Origin: Octopus bimaculoides
Taxonomy: Eukaryota
DNA length: 64,000 nt
Direction: 5' to 3'
Assembly (NCBI RefSeq): GCF_001194135.2
Contig: NC_068982.1
Span: 75,749,534-75,813,533, forward strand
This document shows, one piece after another, positions 40,701 to 52,169 of the stretch. Positions within the stretch are counted from its first letter, which is position 1. Each line of letters begins with the position of its first letter. The notes under the pieces are model-generated. The model searched no databases and was not told where the DNA came from. It saw only the letters and a program-made list of their open reading frames with translations. Made by a program: the position numbers and the translations under genes.

Positions 40701-41879
40701 CACATTTCCCACTGTTTCAAGAGTGTGGCCACATGCAGTACAGTGGAAGTTAATTAACACCTACTGTTCAAGCTAATGAAGAATTAAAAATCACTGTCTT
40801 ACATTTTCTATGATAGCGATAAAACCATATATACTTACTAGCTGAATTGATTTGATTTGTTGGAGCCGTTTGAGAATGCATTGGAAACAGACAGAGAAAC
40901 AAAGAATTTTATATATATATAGCAGGGTGTATGAAACAATAGAGTATGAAAAACTGCTTGCAACTTATCAAGCAAATGTTGATCTGGGTTTAAAATTCAC
41001 AGTATACATAAACACATACTCCATTCCCTACCTACTAGACACACAAATGAAATGATGAAGTACTATAGAGCAGGTTGATCATGTCAGTATGCAATTTACA
41101 TGAATACTGGTATTGGAGATAACAAACAATAATGCCACACTCAAAAACAGACACCATTGATTGTGGAGAATTTGATTTTGCTACAAAACAAAGTCATCTG
41201 TGATGATACAAATATTATATTGCTCACTAGCAGAAATACCCATTGTTGACTGGGTTCAGCAAGAGTCTCCAAAAATTATACCTTGGTTTATGAAAGTTAC
41301 TGCTTCGATATTACTGAATGTTTTGTAGCGGAATATCTGCAAGCCCTTATTGCCAGGTTCTGGCCCAAAAAGTTATAATATTTTAATAACGGGTCTGCTG
41401 ATAGTCAGTCTCTTCAGCTCTTTCTCTTTTCCTACGCTGAGATTGCTTAGGTAGTCCAAATCTAATTTATTTCGGAGGCATTGTCGTAGGGTGAATTAAT
41501 CTATAAGACAAGGGACTTAACTCATGTTAGCAAACTTACGGATTTCACTGACTTGAAAATTGGTAAAAGTCATGGTTGAAAAGCTATTTTTACTATCCAA
41601 GGGTGCCTCAAGAAAAATAAGTTGACAAAAGCACAGCCATGGTCGTGACCAATATCCTCCTAAAATTGGAGCAACATGCATGCTAATTTGTGGATATGCA
41701 TAAAGTACATTCACGTACACACACACATCCTGCCTTTTATAGATATAGATATTTGTCTCAACTGTTCACCTGTAAACTGAAAGATTTGTTGACAGATAAG
41801 ATGAAAAAAATTCACTGTATTTCTGAGAGAAAAGGGAAACTAGAAACAAAACTGAGCAATAAAAGGGGTAATTTTTTTG

Positions 41880-42250
41880 TTTTTGAAATCAAGTTATGAC
41901 ACTGACTTTAAGTTCTGTGTTATTGAATATGCTGAAGAGCATGGAAATAGAGGGAAAAAGAGAGAGAGAACTTTGAGCACTGGAAAACTTACTGAGGGAC
42001 TAATGGAGAAAAGAAACAGTCAAGAAAATGATAAAACAAAATGTGTTAAACTGTTTCTCCATATAAGAACATGGATCAAGATTTATATACCTGGCGGTCT
42101 GTCACATGGTTATCAGATACAAGTAGATAGATCACACAAAGTCCTACATTTTAACTCCATACAAATGAGCTTCATGAACAGAGTTGGGGCCAGAATTATG
42201 CCAGCAAACCAGCAATAAATTTATAAATCGATTTTTAATGAGAGGTATTG
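41880..42250 (+). mobile_element. pogo-like (Brinker-type DNA-binding domain, POGK-like) transposase remnant, heavily deleted
   Basis: SYDTDFKFCVIEYAEEHGNR resembles SY...FKL.V..YAE...N; later YIPGGLS resembles the pogo IPGGLT motif. Confidence 0.55.
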
Positions 42251-42832
42251 AAATCAATTCAGAAATGTTTTTCATTCTAACCAATGTTTCAAAAATTTCT
42301 AAATTTCTATATACAAGATAGCACCGTGCTGTTAAACTGTGTACTAATCAGCTCTAAAAAGCATTGTAGAACCCTCCAAGAGATTGATGTTATTAGAAGT
42401 ATAGTAGTTTTCAGTTTAAATATAGCTCAAATGTATGACCAGTATACAATATTTAAAAGAATATTTCACTTTCGATCGAACTATACGCAGGTACAAGGAA
42501 AATCTATCCAATGTCAAAGTATCAAGTTCTATTCAACATGTTTTGCCAGGAACACGTGCTGACATGGATATATAAAAGAAATAAAAACACTTTAATTGCA
42601 TCAGTATATGCATATTTTTGTATTTTCTTCCAAAATTATGGTCCCTAAAATTGCAAGTAGCTCATCAAAACATAAAATATGGAAACTATGAAGATTTGGA
42701 GGTTTGATATGATTTGTCTATTTTTCTTCAAATGGAAGGAACTGAAAGTAAGTACTTTTTCTTTTCAGCCAGCCGAAGGTAAGACAAAACTATTTTTTAA
42801 TATATTTTCCTTTTCTGACTACCTCACCTTAT

Positions 42833-42866
<34 letters not shown>

Positions 42867-43319
42867 TAATCATATAATATATTTATAGACAATTTCGACT
42901 TTATAATGACAATATATTTTTAGATATACTTACACATGCATACACACTTTCATGTGTACGTGTGCATGTATGTGTGTGTGTATATATATATGAATATATG
43001 AGTTACTCATTTGATATAATCTTTCCTTTTCTCTCCCATCCTTGCCTATATATTTGCCTCTCTCTCTGTCTTCCTGTAAAGTTTATGCCTGTGTGGATGT
43101 ACATGTCTGCACATTCATAACTATACAACTCACCCTTCTTCTCTGTCTCATCTTTCCCCCTGTCTCTCTCTTTTTCCCTCTTTCCCTCCCTTTTTATTGC
43201 TCTACCCTCTCTCTCTCTCTCTGCTTCTCTTCAAGTTGATCTTGTCTCTCTCTCTTCCTATCTCTGTCTCTCTATTTTGCTCTCTCTTTCCCCCTCCCTC
43301 TCCTACATCCCTAGCAGAG

Positions 43320-43760
43320 ATGTCATGGAACTGGTCAACAAAAGAATTGCAGTTGTTTGTGAGAGCTTGGAAAGCTGCTGAAGGAGATCCCCCCCAAAAA
43401 AACATCATTGCAGCAGCACTTAGAAGTAATGGCTTTCCCAGAACCACAGCCCAAACAGAGAAGAAGAAATGCAAATTCCTCCATTCCTATGTTCTAATTA
43501 GACAGCACATGGATACCTTTGACAACATCCTGGAAAACAGCTGCACCAAGGATGACAGGAAAGATAGAGAAAGCCTCCAGGACCCAGTGGTCTCTCAAAA
43601 GAATAAAACCAAAGCCACAACTGGGAGGCCTGCGAACAAGGGAAACAATGATACTGGCCCAGCTCCCAACACATTAGAAGACCCCAGAGGGCCGAAAAAG
43701 GAAAAGACAAACACAAAACTGACAGAACAAAAGCTGTCAGAAGCAAAGAATGAGGAATAA
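43320..43760 (+). CDS. 146-aa protein with an N-terminal Myb/SANT-like (trihelix, Myb_DNA-bind_4-type) domain and a charged low-complexity tail
   Basis: MSWNWSTKELQLFVRAW...IIAAALRSNGFPRTTAQTEKKKCKFLHSY...MDTFDNIL fits the W..EE..L...W / IA..L...G..RT..Q...K..L...Y / MD.IL pattern. No stops over 441 nt, visibly richer in G/C than its flanks, preceded by a ~190-nt pyrimidine tract ending ctag/cag. Confidence 0.6.
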   Translation: MSWNWSTKELQLFVRAWKAAEGDPPQKNIIAAALRSNGFPRTTAQTEKKKCKFLHSYVLIRQHMDTFDNILENSCTKDDRKDRESLQDPVVSQKNKTKATTGRPANKGNNDTGPAPNTLEDPRGPKKEKTNTKLTEQKLSEAKNEE

Positions 43761-43908
43761 ATATATAAAATATGGGGATTTAGTTCACAGGTGATCTAAA
43801 CAACTAGGTATGCTAGTTAAGTGCTGTTACAGATTACCAAGGCTCCAAGGCTATAGCTGACATGGTAGTTATGGAGCCATTGTTGATTTCTGATATAGCA
43901 GATATATA

Positions 43909-44338
43909 ATTGTTAAAGAGGACAACAAATGCTAAGGCAAGACAAACACCTCAAGTCATATCCATTATTATTAATATTGGGAAAAATTCAAAGTCTTTCA
44001 GCTGTTTCTGGGGTATCCCAGAGTATGGGATATTCTGTCATCGGAGACAATAGGGAAAATGAGAAGGGTATCGATTAATGAAATGATGACAGAGGACAGG
44101 AGAAAAGGAATAATGAGATGAAGAAAGAAAAGAAAAAAGCATAAAAGTTCACAGTTCAACCTTCTGATCATGTAGAAGCAAGTCCATAAGTCCTTAGGTA
44201 TAATCTTGTGTAAATCCATGTAAATTAAAGTCCTGATATTGTCAATATCCAGAAATAGACGCAAACATATCAACGATCAATATAATGTATATGACTTGAG
44301 ATGTTTGTCTTGCTTTAACGCTTGTTGTCCTCTTTAAC

Positions 44339-44341
<3 letters not shown>
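43909..44341. mobile_element. ~430-bp element bounded by ~60-bp inverted repeats and containing a hammerhead-like motif (PLE pLTR-derived or MITE-like)
   Basis: 43909-43969 (attgttaaagaggacaacaaatgctaaggcaagacaaacacctcaagtcata...) is the reverse complement of 44281-44341 with a few mismatches; the right end abuts (GA)n. Confidence 0.7.
43993..44048 (-). ncRNA. Degenerate minimal type I hammerhead ribozyme with palindromic AGCT loop
   Basis: Minus strand gtct-CCGATGA-cagaa[tatccca tactc tgggata]cccca-GAAAC-AGCT-GAA-agac: stem I gtct/agac, perfect 7-bp hairpin inside stem II, intact GAAAC; core T>C and cleavage triplet GAA instead of GTA/GTC. Confidence 0.55.
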
Positions 44342-44386
<45 letters not shown>

Positions 44387-44701
44387 GGAGAGAGAGAACT
44401 GAAAATATTCAGAAGACGGATACTCACGTATAAGGATATAGATATTTATATATTTACAGAATAAATTTACATGGAGTACAAAAAATACAGAAAGCTAAGA
44501 GGAGAAGGCACGGTATTTCAGGTTCAATAGCTGTTTCTGGAGGCTTGGAATTATGTGACAGTTGTAATGTTGGTAGATGGAGTGTACAAAAAGTCAAGGA
44601 CATGCAACCAATAGTGGATGCATATAAACATTAACATAGTCGGCTTCTATCTTCATGGTGGAAAGATTGACAACTAGCTAGTTGCCTCTGTGTGTGTGTG
44701 G

Positions 44702-44740
<39 letters not shown>

Positions 44741-44844
44741 CGTGCGTGCGCACACATATATATAGGCAACTAGCTAGTTGTACATGGAAATGAAAGAAAC
44801 CCACTGTGTGTATATGTGTATCTTCTTATCGTGACATCACATCA

Positions 44845-45040
44845 TCATCATCATTTAACGTCTGCTTTCCATGCTAGCATGGGTTGGACGATTTGACTGA
44901 GGACTGGTGAACCAGATGGCTATACCAGGCTCCAATCTAATTTGGCAGAGTTTCTACAGCTGGATGCCCTTCCTAACGCCAACCACTCCAAGAGTGTAGT
45001 AGCTGTTTTTACATGCCACCGGCATGAAGGCCAGTCAGGC
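44845..45040 (-). mobile_element. RTE-LINE tail copy
   Basis: (CAT)n ttaacgtctgctttccatgctagcatgggttggacgatttgactgaggactgg, nearly identical to 9720-9880. Confidence 0.85.
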
Positions 45041-45639
45041 GACTGTCATACAAGCAGTGTCGTTCACTTCTAAAGTTCTGCTGTGGGAGAAATATTACCT
45101 CGCTTGGAAACAGGTATGGGTTGATGACACAAACAGTATCTGACCAGAGAAAATCTGCCTTAAATAACTCCATCTGACCCAAGCAGGTGGACATTAAAAC
45201 AAAGATGATATATCCATGTGTATTTATGTGAAGAAGGTCATATTTCCTCTGATCTTCATGTTTGCTCTCCATGTAAAATGCATCACTGTTTGTGTAAACA
45301 AATATAACACTGATCATACATATTGTCTTGTTTGCTTGCAGTCCACTATGAAGGCACATCCAATCTTCTTGACATGTTGTGCAATATTTATAAACAAAAT
45401 GGTATTTTTTATTTCCAGTCCAGCGTGATTATGTCCAAGCTGTTCAGTATTTGATAGACTGTGGGATTATTACCTTGCTTGGAAACCAGTGAGGGTTGGT
45501 GCCATGAAGGACATCCAACCATAGAAAACACTGCTCCAATGTAGTCCCATCTGATTCATGCGAACATGGAAAAGTATACTCTAAAATGATGACCATTATA
45601 TATTACCTCCAATGTAAAAATCTCAGCATAACTAACTAA

Positions 45640-45840
45640 AAAATCCTTTAGCATTCAGATTATTCTATCAAATGTAATGTTTACTTATTCACATTGTTTT
45701 AAATCTTGTAGCTTTGAAATTTTGATGATGTGATTGTTTATTTTTAGGGTGACATTGTAGATCAGGTGTTTGAAGGCAGATCACAAGAACAGGTAGAATA
45801 TTTGGGCTTGATATGACCAGTTTAAATGCTAAAGAGTTAA
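45640..45840 (-). mobile_element. piggyBac-derived MITE, opposite orientation to 26194-26421
   Basis: cctttagcattcagatt...tttaaatgctaaagagttaa; one TTAA intact, the other degraded. Confidence 0.78.
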
Positions 45841-48459
45841 GGGCACAATGATAGGGTTTTAGCATGTACCTAATTAACAATTATCAGTGAAAAAGAATGG
45901 AGGAATTGAATTACAACAGTTTTCCAAGAGCTTTCTAGATATTATAAGCTGATCTTGTAGAAAATTTAATGAAGATATTTAGTTGTGCTTAATTTTGAAA
46001 GATATTCTTTACATTATAACTAAAACATTTAATAGTCTTTTAGTAAATGGCACACTGAATTAAGAAAAAGGAGTGAAGAAATTATTCTGCTCAATTTCCC
46101 ATTTAAGAAATAAAAAATCTATTTGTGTGGAGTCTCAAAATAATCAAAACAGACAACTCAGAAAAATAATTTGAGAGAAACTGAAAGCCAATGAGTTATA
46201 ATCAAATTCAAAAAACAATTTAAAAGATCATAATGTAGCAACTATTTCATTCCCTTTATTATATACACCTTGCGCGCGCGCGTGCGTGCGTGCGTGCGTG
46301 TGTGTAAAATCAAAATTTCCTGAAAACAAATCTATAAAAATGAACTTATTATTGTTAAATTTATTTTATATAAAAATAGGATATTACAGAATTTGTTCTG
46401 TGCTGCCCAATATTTGCTGCATGAAGGTTTGCAACATTTTTCTCTCTATAGTTATATAGTAGAATGAGAAGCAATTAAGATAGTGAAATCAGGAGCCTCA
46501 AGAGTATAAACTAAGAGGCTGGAAGCATCTGAATAAGTAAAATGGCTCTGACTTGTTTAGCTAATTAGTTAATTAACAAAGGTGCTAATCACACTGATTA
46601 GCAATTCTGTGCTATTATTAACTGCTATAAAGACAAGGAAAACATGCATGAATGTGTGTGAGATGGGGGAACCACATAGAAAGAGTAAATTTAATAGGCC
46701 AGGTAATAAAGTTAGTGAGAATAATAGCAGCATAGTTGCTATTGTTGTGTAGCACACCATAAAACTGTACTTAAGTAAATCTATAATACAGACAATGATC
46801 TGTTAAGGAACTACTAGCAATTTTAGCATCATAATGTATATGCATGCAATTGTACAATATTCAAGATGGTAGTTTAGTTAGGTTAAGCATCAATATTTAA
46901 TCTGTTCTAACAGTGATCATGCCATCCTTATTAAGAGTATATTATTTTAGGATTTAAAATTTAAGAACACAGGGTCTTCATTTTAAAGATACTAGGAAGT
47001 AACTGCAATACTGACCCTAGTAGGCAACTATATAGATACTCCATCAACTTTATAATAGGATTGTGTGAAGTGAGTATTATATAGGAGGGGTTGTAATGCA
47101 AACTGCTACAGAATATGGCAGCAGAGGGGTATCCAGGTGCCATGACCTGCAGATGGCCTGGCCTCTCAGAGTGTAAGAAGTTAATTAAGGGCTGAAACAC
47201 TTGCATAAGGTGGGGCTTCTTCTCTGAAGACCTGCTGTTCAGCTCTCCCTAGAGTTTCTTCCTACCCAAGATCTATTCTACAATACTGAATCACTTTTTT
47301 TTTTTCTTTTTCTTCTTTTTTTTTGTTAATAACATGAATCGTAAAGCAACAGTTAGCTAGGCAGATTGAGCCAAAAAGATGTCATACTTAGGAACACAGA
47401 TATTCTTTCTGAAATAACTTATTTTGAAGTGAAAATTTTACTTTTCTTTATCGCATTAGGTGAAACTTGTAGAATTTAAACTCAAAAATTTTGTGTCAGA
47501 TGTTGACTCCAAAACTAATTAACTTTCTTGTATCAGTGCCATTTTACAACCACTTTCTCTGCTGGCATGGGTTGGAAGGATCATTACAAGCTGAGTTACC
47601 TTGCATTGGGAACTACTGGTGCTCATACAGACAATTTAGTTTGATTTTTATAGCTGGGTGCCTTTCCTATCACTTTACAGTGAGTACTGGATGCATTTTC
47701 TTGTAGAACACTAGTAGAGGTTGAATAGTCCTTAGTGAAACATCACAACACTATAATTTCACTGTTTTTAGCCACTGAAACTGAAAATGCAGAACATCAC
47801 ACTACACAATAAATGTAAATACAGAGAGCAATCAGTGACCTACAGTGTGTAGACCAAGATGGAAAAGAACAGGGGGAACAATGAGCACAGAAATTGGTAT
47901 TTGAGAAAGGAGATAGAGGCATAAATGTAAGTGTTGAAAGTGCTCAATAACCTAGGGAATGAATATTTGCTCAGGTGAAGAGAGAGAGAGAGAGAGCAAT
48001 GACATCAGAAAGACCAGAATTGGTAGGAGGGTGGAAAAAATAAGAGAATGATGGGAAGGAGGCAGGAATATATAAGGATGGTGTTAGGTGGACAGTGGGT
48101 GATAAGATGGCAGCATGAGGAGATTGAGAGGTGGTTTAAAGGAGAGTATGTGCTGGCTGATAGCACAACAGGATGAAGTTATTGAGTATACAGAAGGAAG
48201 TGTGCATGTATATATAGGTGTGTGTGTATGNNNNNNNNNNTGGTTTAAAGGAGAGTATGTGCTGGCTGATAGCACAACAGGATGAAGTTATTGAGTATAC
48301 AGAAGGAAGTGTGCATGTATATATAGGTGTGTGTGTATGTATATGTGTGTGCATATAAACACAAAAGAATGAAGAATTATACATTTTTAATTAGCTTGTA
48401 ATATAGTAATCATGCATATTAACCAATCTCATATTTGATTGAAAAAGAAAATAATAATA

Positions 48460-49520
48460 ACAAGACTACTCAGAGAGTGCAAACCTCTGCCAAAGCAACA
48501 CCACCATCCTCTCAATGATTAGCTGGAGATGATTTCTGAAATGAGAATATCTGAAATAAACTCAGCTGCGCTCATAAACAAGAATACTAGAAATGAACCT
48601 GACCACTCTCAAAAATTAAACAAAAAAAATGGAAAAATAATCCAGAATCCTTGTCCGGTACCTGATCGATCCCCCTTGTAGTCATGGAATGTGAAGGTGG
48701 GTGTGTGGCCATGTTTGTAATGGTGTGTGTGTGTGTGAAGTCTGCAGTGAGAACAGGGACAGTTTTCTCTATGAAGGCTTTTTTAGTCTATCCACTGATA
48801 TAGTGTCTTTACAACCATTAAAGTCTATAGTGAAAACTTTATTCGTGTATGAAAGAAAACAGAAAGGACCTGCATACAGTGCTATTAATGGAGGTTTAAC
48901 AACATCATTGCACACAAAAAAGCAAGTCCAAGAAGTAAAGCTTCCTTCAAGGCAGGGCTAGAAATGCAATTGTCAAGTAGGTAAAAGGTTTTAAACAGGA
49001 GTGATATATTCAAAATTGGTAAATCTAAAAATTGTCGAGGGTAAATTAAATTCATTATTGTTACTGAATATGTTAGTGTTATTTAATTTTGGAACAGTTT
49101 TGCTGCCATTTGTTTATGTAATTTGATTTCTTTATCCATCAGTTTCTACTAAGATATGCGAGTAAAATTAATAATAGAAAAATGAAAATACAGCTTTGGA
49201 AACAGTAATGCTGCCATAGCTTATATGGAAACCATGAGCATGCTTTCAAGGGAGATAATTAGAGAAAGACTTGAAAGTGAACCTAAGGCCATAATACTTC
49301 ATATGAAGTAAAGTAAATATAACAAATAATCCAGAATCCTTGTCCGGTACCGAATTGATCCCAAACTCTAATCAGTTTGTGCTAGTCACGAAGCCAAACA
49401 TCCCTGAAAGTTTCATCCGAATCCATCCAGCAGTTCTTGAGATATCTTATCCACAGACAAAAACAAACAAACAAACATGACTGGAAACAATACCTCCGCC
49501 TTTGCTAAAGTAGACGTAAT
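48460..49520 (+). mobile_element. Helentron-associated (HINE/DINE-like) element in two parts, 48460-48675 and 49324-49520, separated by ~650 bp of other DNA
   Basis: 5' acaagactactcagagagtgcaaacctctgccaa; 3' aaacaatacctccgcc-tttgct-aaagtagacgtaa (degenerate terminal hairpin); 28-bp exact repeat aaataatccagaatccttgtccggtacc at 48635 and 49324. Confidence 0.55.
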
Positions 49521-49544
49521 AAGGGAAGAAGTAGCAATGATGAT

Positions 49545-50395
49545 AATAACCCTTTCTACTAAAGGCACAAGACCTGAAATTTTGGGAGAGGGGACTAGTC
49601 AGTTATATTGATCCCAGTGTTTCACTGGTACTTTATTTATCAACCCGGAAAGGATGAAAGGCAAAGTTAACCTTGGCCGAATTTGAACTCAGAACGTACA
49701 GGTGGATGAAATTCCACTAAGTATTTATTCTGGCATGCTAATGATTCTGCCAACTCACCACCTTAATAATAATAATAATAGTTTCAAATTTTTCCACAAG
49801 GGCAGCAATTTTGAGGGAGGGGATAAGTCAATTTCATCGACCCCAATGTTTCACTAGTACTTATTTTATTGACCCAGAAAGGATGAAAGGTAAAGTCAAC
49901 CTCAATGGAATTTGAACTCGGAACGTAGCGACAGGTGAAGTACTGCTAAGCATTTTGTCCAGTGTGCTAACGATTCTGCCAGCTCGCTGCCTTAATGACG
50001 ACGGCAGTGGTGACAACAATGACAACAATAATGGTTTCAAATTCTGGCACAAGGCCAGTAGGTTTTAGGAAGGGACTAAGTCAATTAAATCAACCCCAAT
50101 GTTCAACTAGTATTTATTTTATCAACCCCGAGAGGATGAAAGGCAAAGTCAACCTAGGTGGAATTTTAACTCAGAATATGCAGATGGACGAAATGCCACT
50201 AAGTATTTATCCTGCTGTGCTAACAATTCTGCCAACTGACCACCTTGATAATAATAATAATCCTTTCTTCTGATGACACAATGCTTGAAATTTTGGGGAA
50301 GGGAACTAGTCGATTAGAATGACTCCGAAAGGATGAAAGACAAGGTCGACTTTGGTAGAATTTGAACTCAGAACGACGACGACGAAGATGAAGAC
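49545..50395 (-). mobile_element. Four head-to-tail S2 SINE copies (last one partial)
   Basis: The unit gaaattttggg...tcaaccc.gaaaggatgaaaggcaaagtcaacct..ggaatttgaactcagaac recurs four times. Confidence 0.88.
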
Positions 50396-50520
50396 GAAGA
50401 AGAAGAAGAAGAAGAAGAAGAAGAAGAAGAACAACAACAACAACAACAACAACAGTTGTGGAAATGGTAATAATAATTATAACAATAATTATAATAACAA
50501 TAATATTAGGAACAATAGTG
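50373..50520. repeat. Compound trinucleotide microsatellite (GAC)(GAA)n(CAA)n(AAT)n
   Basis: Read directly from the sequence. Confidence 0.95.
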
Positions 50521-50951
50521 ATGATAACCTAGGGTTCTACATAATAAATCCAAAATGACCAGCCTGAATTGGGAAAACATATATCAGCTGAATCATATAT
50601 TAATACAAAAAAGATTTCTAGCTCAACATCTAATATTGATAACAGATGAAATGTGAACTTTTCTGACAAAATATCTCTCAATAATAGGATTAACCACTTA
50701 TAGAATTGTAAAAATCATCTAAAATGTCCATTATAAAACCAAACTTAGTTTATAAATGTTCAATAACAACAGGGGAATGTACTTATTATTGTATAAAGAC
50801 TTGTGCAACTAATTTTAAGTTGAATTGATATCACATTTCTTTGTTTAGACATAGTACAAAAAAAAAAAACTTCACTTATTTAAGTAAATTTGTATAATGG
50901 TGGGAAATTAAAATGTAACTTATACCTAAGAAATTCTACTTACCCTTACAT

Positions 50952-51330
50952 CATCATCATTTAGCATCGGCTTTCTATGCTGGCATGGGTTAGACAATTT
51001 GACTGAAACTGGTAAGCTGGAGAGCTGCACCAAGTTCCAGTCTGATTTGGCATGGTTTCTATGGCTGGATGCCTTTCCTAACACCAACCACTCTAAGAGT
51101 GTAATGGGTGCTTTTTACATACCACCAGTGCAGACACTTCAATATGACACTGGCACAAGTGCCAGTTATGTAACACCAGCATCAGCCACAGCTATGATTT
51201 CACTTGGCTTGATGGGTCCTCTCAAGCACAGCATATTGCCAAAGGTCTTGTCTTGGTCACTTGTCATCACCTCCATGAGGCCCAACGTTCGAAGATCATG
51301 CTTCACCACCTTGTCCCATGTCTTCCTGGG
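50952..51330 (-). mobile_element. RTE LINE 3' fragment with internal deletion
   Basis: Tail plus ORF end (…TWDKVVKHDLRTLGL on the minus strand). Confidence 0.85.
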
Positions 51331-52169
51331 AGATGGATGGGGGCATGTGGCTATGAAGGTCTTTAAAATGAAAACAAATACATGTAAAAAAAATCAGGTA
51401 ATTATAACTTTCCCAAATTCATCTTTCAATAATCCATCACTTCAATCATCATACTCAAATGAAATTCACAATAGTATTTGCGTGGTTGAAAAGCTTGTTT
51501 CCCAGTTGAGTGGTCTTGGGTTCAGTCCCATTGCATAACATCTAGGATAAGTGTCTTCTATAATAGCTTCAGGTCAACCAGAGCCTTGTGAGTGGATCTG
51601 GCAGATGGAAACTGAAAGAAGTCTATCGTGTGTGTATGTACCCTTGTCTAGACATCACATGATGGTTGTAAATAAGCATCATCACCATACAAGTGAGGTT
51701 GTTTGTTTTCAGTCTTCTGTGTAAAACATGTCTAGCTGTGAGAAAATATTACCTTGCTAGGGAACATGTGAGGTTTCACAACAAGATATCTGACTGCAGA
51801 AAATTTGCCTCAGCAAATTTTATCATCACATGCAAGTATGGAAAAGTGGACATCAAATGATGATGATGGTCAATAACTATTCTATGAGCAACAACTAACT
51901 TCAAATTCTTCAAACCATCAATCACATAACCTGCATTCTTTTCCATTCCAAGACAGAAAAATTATTATGAATAAACTTTTAGAACATAAAATAGGTATCA
52001 CTATAGAGTGCCGTACAATGGAGACAAGAACAGTTTGAACAGAAAATCACACCTTTTGTTTCATCATTTTCATGTCAAAATAATTTTTTCCCATGGAAAA
52101 TTATATACCATTTGAAAATTCTGGATGTGAACTTTCTTATATAGTTTTGATTAAAATCTGACAGTTACA

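Noticed and set aside
41600-41700. QYPPKIGA as a possible Harbinger nuclease motif partnering the Myb ORF
   Set aside because: It lacks the following IDG.H catalytic motif and any other DDE_Tnp_4 features.
41534-41726. Minus-strand GTAAGT donor at 41539-41534 as a possible CIT 5'UTR exon end
   Set aside because: A 6-mer donor match is expected by chance in 46 kb; no promoter or transcript evidence.
47180-47210. GAAAC-ACTT-GCA half-hammerhead (and the upstream half of the 44529-44537 motif)
   Set aside because: No recognisable CUGANGA core or stem I pairing; too degenerate to call.
48132-48339. Exact 99-bp direct repeat (48132-48230 and 48241-48339)
   Set aside because: The copies sit on either side of a 10-N gap; this is the signature of unmerged contig overlap, not a real duplication.
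50540-50575. Minus-strand AGHFG resembling the CIT glycine loop
   Set aside because: It lies upstream of the first coding exon, is followed by a stop within three codons and has no flanking kinase similarity.
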